64,000 nucleotides of DNA from Ostreococcus lucimarinus (lineage: Eukaryota), in NCBI GenBank assembly GCA_000092065.1, contig CP000588.1. The stretch is one strand, 5' to 3'. Shown piece by piece: positions 60,099 to 64,000 of this stretch. The first letter of the stretch is position 1, and every line of letters begins with the position of its first letter. The notes below the pieces were generated by a model. The model saw only the letters and a program-made list of their open reading frames with translations. It was not told the DNA's origin and ran no database searches. The position numbers were made by a program, and so were the translations under genes.

Positions 60099-61004
60099 CT
60101 ATCGTGCTCTGTCGTAATCTCTACTGTCTCGTCGTCGCACGCGTCTCTCGCTCGGGCTACGGCTGCGGCTACGGCGACGGCCACGGTCCGAGCTCGAATT
60201 ATGCGCAGACCTTTCACGTTGTTTCGTCTCACGTTCGCTCCCTCGCCCACTTAAACACTTATAGTCTACTTTTTCCACCGCGTGAAATGCCGTGATTGTC
60301 TCAGCGATGGCTTCTAAATTCTCCTTTGTCACGCCGTCGACTAGGCAAAACCACGGCGGCGACGACGGTAAAGCCTTGCCCAATTCCTTCGCAGCTAAAT
60401 ATATGCATCCACACGCGATGACATCCGGCTTGTATTGCACGCAAAGCGCCGTCATTGCGCTGTCGTTGCACAGCACCCACGCCCGTTTCACCAAATCGTC
60501 GTCCAATTCTAAGTGTGTACCCAGTGTGTACGCGAACGGGTGCGGCGGCGTTACGTGCGCAAAGAACCCAAACTCTCGCAGCATCACCATCTCCATGTTC
60601 TTAGCGTCTGATTTGTACTCTTCATACTCTGGTGTATTGATCGCCATCACAACTCGCGGTTTGTTCTCGTGTCTCTGCGCCGCCCTACGCGTGGCATTCA
60701 GCACGTCTCGCAGCTTGCGATCTTTTTCCTCCAGCTTGCACGCTAAGGCGATGGAAGCCGTCGCGACGAGCTTGACATCGTAATCAGTGAGAGATTTTTT
60801 CGTGTAGAATCGATGTAACAGCGTCTGAGCCGTGATGACCACGCTCAGAGGCGAGCGCAAGAGCAAACACGCCGAACGAATGAGTGAGGCGCCGTAAATT
60901 CTTTGCACAAACTCGGTTTCCTCATCGACGTCCTTCGACCTCGATGGCGTGTTCTTAACGTCGACGACGTAGAAGTTATCGACCGCAGTCGATGTGTGAA
61001 TCAT
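60099..61004 (-). CDS. CCNL: Cyclin L (cyclin box plus C-terminal RS domain). The track ORF extends on TTG to 61112, immediately abutting the upstream gene's stop.
   Basis: ..TPSRSKDVDEETEFVQRIYGASLIRSACLLLRSPLSVVITAQTLLHRFYTKKSLTDYDVKLVATASIALACKLEE.. matches the cyclin L1/L2 N-terminal box. C-terminal ..RSRSRSPSERRVRRRDSRDYDRAR (RS/RD). Confidence 0.75.
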   Translation of the reverse strand: MIHTSTAVDNFYVVDVKNTPSRSKDVDEETEFVQRIYGASLIRSACLLLRSPLSVVITAQTLLHRFYTKKSLTDYDVKLVATASIALACKLEEKDRKLRDVLNATRRAAQRHENKPRVVMAINTPEYEEYKSDAKNMEMVMLREFGFFAHVTPPHPFAYTLGTHLELDDDLVKRAWVLCNDSAMTALCVQYKPDVIACGCIYLAAKELGKALPSSPPWFCLVDGVTKENLEAIAETITAFHAVEKVDYKCLSGRGSERETKQRERSAHNSSSDRGRRRSRSRSPSERRVRRRDSRDYDRAR

Positions 61005-61115
61005 TATCGTCCGCACTCGCCCGCACACGACGAGCTGGGGAGTGGCGGTTCCTTCAAGCGCCGCGCACTTCAGTTTCAACGAGTGTTGACATTTTACAAA
61101 GATGTCGAGCAATGG

Positions 61116-62261
61116 CTAGTCTAAGCTGACTTCTAGAAGGCCTGCCTGACGTTCGCTGAATCGCCAGTGGTGTTCCTGTAAGAAGGTTTCAACTGCAACG
61201 GGAAGCCGAGAAGGCGTTCTCGACCCGACGGTGTGATGCCCAGTCCCCACTAAAATTTGCGCATGCGAACATCCACTACCGCGGAGCCTAGACAATTCGC
61301 GGCGTAGAAGGGACAATGCTTCTGCAACGTGTAGACCGTGCAAATCGATCACGCCGTCGCTACCGCCACCTCTGCTATGATAAATGTTGTGTGCGGCCTG
61401 CGCATGGGCCTGAGACATCTTTGCCGCAGCCTCGCGGCCTTGACGAGATAACTCTTTAGCCAAAGCTTTGTTACCGCTCAAGTACGCATTCGTAGCTTGC
61501 TCGTAGCATACATTTCGCACTCTGGCGTAGTCGCGCGCCTCGTCTCGATTTGCGGCGTAAAGCTGCGACACCGCGGCTCCCGTTTCTACCCACTCAATCT
61601 TCGTCTTTGTACCATCCCGTACGCCTCGCTCAATCTTACCACTCGCCGAAACCGATGCCGTCTCCGTTTTTGTCGCTCGTGTGTTCCAATTCACCGACGC
61701 AGACGCTTTATTGACGTTCGACATTCCACCCGAAAGGAATATTTTCTTTGGCAGTGGTTCTGGCGCTCGAGGCGCGGACGTGGACGTCCCGCCGCCACCG
61801 CCTCCAAGCGATGGAAACGCCTCTGCGTCGTCCACGTCCGGAGCGGGTATATCGGGTATCTCATCGTCCATCAACAGCTCCATGGCGAGCTCGACATCGC
61901 CCCCAGTATTCATCAACGCCTCCTCCAAACACGCCCAGTCCATGTTTGGGAACATGTCTCCCAAAAAGGTGAGAGAGTCATCGAAATCGCTCGGCGACGG
62001 CTCTTCGCCTGCGAGAGCGGCGTAAGGCTCGATCGGCCTTTCTCCACCGCTCGAAGCGAAAGCACTCTCGTCCGCGGCATCGACGGCGTTCTCGTCGTCC
62101 TCCTCGTCCTCGCTCACCAGGCCGAGCGCACCGAACTCGTCGACGACTTTTTCCAAACGAACTGGAGGCGTCGCTGGACGTCCGCGCGGCTTGAACACGA
62201 ACGCCGACGCCGACGGATTCAGCGCCGACGCGCTCGTTTCTGGGCCGTCGTTCCCGGACAT
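61116..62261 (-). CDS. CUE-like plus Smr domain protein (Cue2/N4BP2-type Smr endonuclease family)
   Basis: ..DWACLEEALMNTGGDVELAMELLMDD (CUE/UBA-like); DUF1771-like ..YEQATNAYLSGNKALAKELSRQGREAAAKMSQAHAQAAHNIY..; Smr ..GVIDLHGLHVAEALSLLRRELSRLRGSGCSHAQILVGTGHHTVGSRTPSRLPVAVETFLQEH... Confidence 0.65.
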   Translation of the reverse strand: MSGNDGPETSASALNPSASAFVFKPRGRPATPPVRLEKVVDEFGALGLVSEDEEDDENAVDAADESAFASSGGERPIEPYAALAGEEPSPSDFDDSLTFLGDMFPNMDWACLEEALMNTGGDVELAMELLMDDEIPDIPAPDVDDAEAFPSLGGGGGGTSTSAPRAPEPLPKKIFLSGGMSNVNKASASVNWNTRATKTETASVSASGKIERGVRDGTKTKIEWVETGAAVSQLYAANRDEARDYARVRNVCYEQATNAYLSGNKALAKELSRQGREAAAKMSQAHAQAAHNIYHSRGGGSDGVIDLHGLHVAEALSLLRRELSRLRGSGCSHAQILVGTGHHTVGSRTPSRLPVAVETFLQEHHWRFSERQAGLLEVSLD

Positions 62262-62382
62262 CGCGCGAAGCAGTGGCGGCTAATGGCTGATTGAGTTTGG
62301 TTTCGTTCGAGTTTGACTCGGTGTCGAGCCAAAGGTTGATATGAATGACAATCACAAACTAATACGCGCTACACATAAAATC

Positions 62383-63333
62383 TCACAGTTCAGTCGCTTG
62401 ATGCACGGTGAACGAACCGACGGCGAGCAAGATGGTGCCTATGAAGAGAGTCAGCCACTCGCGCGAGAAATATTTCAACACGCGCACGCCGAGAGCGACT
62501 CCGACCAATCCGCACGGCAAAATCAAAAGCACGAGCCCGGGGTCGGGCTTTTTTCCACGAGCAGTGGTGCTGACGATCGCTGCGATACCTAAGAATACGC
62601 TCTGAATCGCACTCATCGATAACATCACCTTGCGGTTCACCTTGCCTTTCCACAGTACTACAATCGGCAGGAAGCTTATCGGGCCGCCGGTTCCGGTGAG
62701 CACGCTGAGCATCCCCACGACGACACCGATGCTGAACAACAACCACATCTCGCGAGTCGTAGGTTCTAACCAGTACTCATCGCTTTTGCTCTCGCTCTCG
62801 TTCGCGTCGACCGCGTCCGCGCCGTCCATCTCGAGCGCCGCGTCTCCGTCGTCTCCGTCGTCTCCGCCGTCTTCCACCGTCACCACCGTCTCCCCCTCTC
62901 CCGCGCGTGACCGCGCCGCGCGCGAGCGCAATCGCCGCGCGCTGTCTGCGACGTCTTTCCCTCCCGCCACCAGCGCGACGAGACCTATGACGTACGTCAG
63001 CGCCTCTCTCGGGACGACGTCCAGGAGCGCGCCCCCGGCGACGCTCGCGCCGCACGCCCCTCCCGCCGCGGCGACGCCTCCCAGCCGCGTCGGAAACCGA
63101 TCGCGCGGCACTATTTTTCTCAGCATCCACACCCTGAGCGCCATCGTCGGCGTGAACGCGACGAACAGGGACACGATCCCGACCTCGGGCGTGCACGCCC
63201 TCGCGAGCAGGAGCGCGGGCAAGATGACGACGCCTCCCAGACCGACCGCGCCGACGAGCAGCGCGCCCGCGACGCACGCCGCGACGACGACGGCGACTTG
63301 TCCGAGCGTCAGCGCGCGCACGACGGTGTTCAT
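62383..63333 (-). CDS. TauE/SafE (DUF81) family membrane permease-like protein. The track ORF extends on GTG to 63399.
   Basis: Polytopic; ..MNTVVRALTLGQVAVVVAACVAGALLVGAVGLGGVVILPALLLA.. and ..GMLSVLTGTGGPISFLPIVVLWKGKVNRKVMLSMSAIQSVFLGIAAIV.. typical of TauE/SafE. A central acidic loop is present. Confidence 0.5.
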   Translation of the reverse strand: MNTVVRALTLGQVAVVVAACVAGALLVGAVGLGGVVILPALLLARACTPEVGIVSLFVAFTPTMALRVWMLRKIVPRDRFPTRLGGVAAAGGACGASVAGGALLDVVPREALTYVIGLVALVAGGKDVADSARRLRSRAARSRAGEGETVVTVEDGGDDGDDGDAALEMDGADAVDANESESKSDEYWLEPTTREMWLLFSIGVVVGMLSVLTGTGGPISFLPIVVLWKGKVNRKVMLSMSAIQSVFLGIAAIVSTTARGKKPDPGLVLLILPCGLVGVALGVRVLKYFSREWLTLFIGTILLAVGSFTVHQATEL

Positions 63334-63555
63334 CGCGTCGCCGGGCGCGCCGCGGGGACGTCGAGCGACGCGACCGTCGAGCGACGGCGCGTCCGTCACC
63401 GCGCGCGGGCGTCGCGTAACGAACGCGCGGGCGCGCCGAACCCCGGGCCGGGCCGGGCGGTCGGCGCGCGCGTCGGCGCGTCGTCTTTTTCGCGCGCGGG
63501 CGTCTCCGTGATCTCGTCTCGATGGCTTCGCGGGACGCGCTATACGAGGGCCGAT

Positions 63556-63592
63556 CGATCGCGCGCGGCGATCGATCGATCGATCGATCGCG
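63556..63592. repeat. (CGAT)n palindromic microsatellite in the divergent spacer at the window end
   Basis: ggcgatcgatcgatcgatcgatcgcg, embedded in a larger imperfect palindrome (ccgatcgatcgcgcgcggcgatcgatcg..). Confidence 0.75.
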
Positions 63593-63666
63593 CGGTCGGT
63601 CGCCGCGCGCGGTTGACCGACCGACGCGCGCGGTGGGCCGCGAGAGCGCGACGCGACGTCGCGCGA

Positions 63667-64000
63667 TGACGGCGGACGACCGAGGGTGGTGCGCGTACCC
63701 GAGCGAAGCGAAACGCGATCCCGCGAGCACGCTCGATCTGCCGCGCGGCGAGGACGACGGGAACGCCGCGTCGAGGGCGTCGAGAGTCGCGATGACGCGA
63801 GTCAAGGTGCCGAGCGCGTGCTGCGAGTTCGACGAGGACGCGACGGATGGGGGCGAAGCGGACGAGGATGGGTTGATCGAGGTGGACGTGACGATCGACG
63901 TCGATCGGGGGATGATCGAAGGCGTGCGCGAGTCGACGAGCACGAGGACGAGGACGGTGGGGGAGGAGGAGACGGCGGATTACGCGGAGAGCGACGAGGA
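63667..64000 (+). CDS. Possible 5' end of an acidic protein gene running off the window end
   Basis: ATG at ~63667. Open frame to the window edge (MTADDRGWCAYPSEAKRDPASTLDLPRGEDDG..EEETADYAESDE). Absent from the track because there is no stop. Codons are GC3-rich. Confidence 0.2.

Overview
This is a GC-rich (about 65%), gene-dense nuclear segment from a photosynthetic eukaryote. It is not a prokaryotic window. Gene content points to the green lineage, most likely a prasinophyte (Mamiellophyceae-type, Micromonas-like) alga. Evidence: plastid and thylakoid proteins with Ala/Arg/Ser/Thr-rich transit peptides (Tic20, FtsZ, TGD3/MlaF-like ABC ATPase, phosphoglycolate phosphatase, RAP-domain protein, RETICULATA-like, PsaN-like lumenal protein, bL31); plant-type regulators (WRKY, GATA with an 18-residue loop, DUF1336/EDR2-C, PRL1, plant-type TOM5); and an Arabidopsis-type telo-box. 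I can support about 44 protein-coding genes on both strands: GCN5, a tandem-PZP PHD protein, Brr2 (2220 aa, one exon), SerRS, Nog2, FEN1, profilin, BCAT, S2P protease, cyclin L, a Cue2-like Smr protein, Sel1/Hrd3, Sec23 and others. Intergenic spacers are short, and several convergent genes have stop codons only 31–99 bp apart. The main thing the six-frame ORF track hides is that many genes carry a short (about 120–230 nt) GC-rich intron at the extreme 5' end. These introns share stereotyped signals: donor GTGCG/GTGGG, a branch motif (G/A)(C)TGACTGACG or GGACTGACG about 25–40 nt upstream of the acceptor, and CAG/TAG acceptors. Splicing these by eye restores conserved N-termini for FtsZ, SerRS, BCAT (two introns), profilin, a REI1-like factor, an N-myristoylated Mic19-like CHCH protein and a signal-peptide membrane protein. 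It also reveals two small genes absent from any single ORF: organellar ribosomal protein bL31 and SDHD. A TOM5 candidate (51 aa) and Mia40 sit in single small ORFs. Other notable points: a WRKY–GATA fusion transcription factor, SerRS with an appended GST-like domain, two head-to-head gene pairs whose start codons overlap on a CATG, and microsatellites lying inside 5' introns. No rRNA, tRNA, CRISPR or transposon was recognised. Hand-derived splice coordinates may be off by 1–2 nt.
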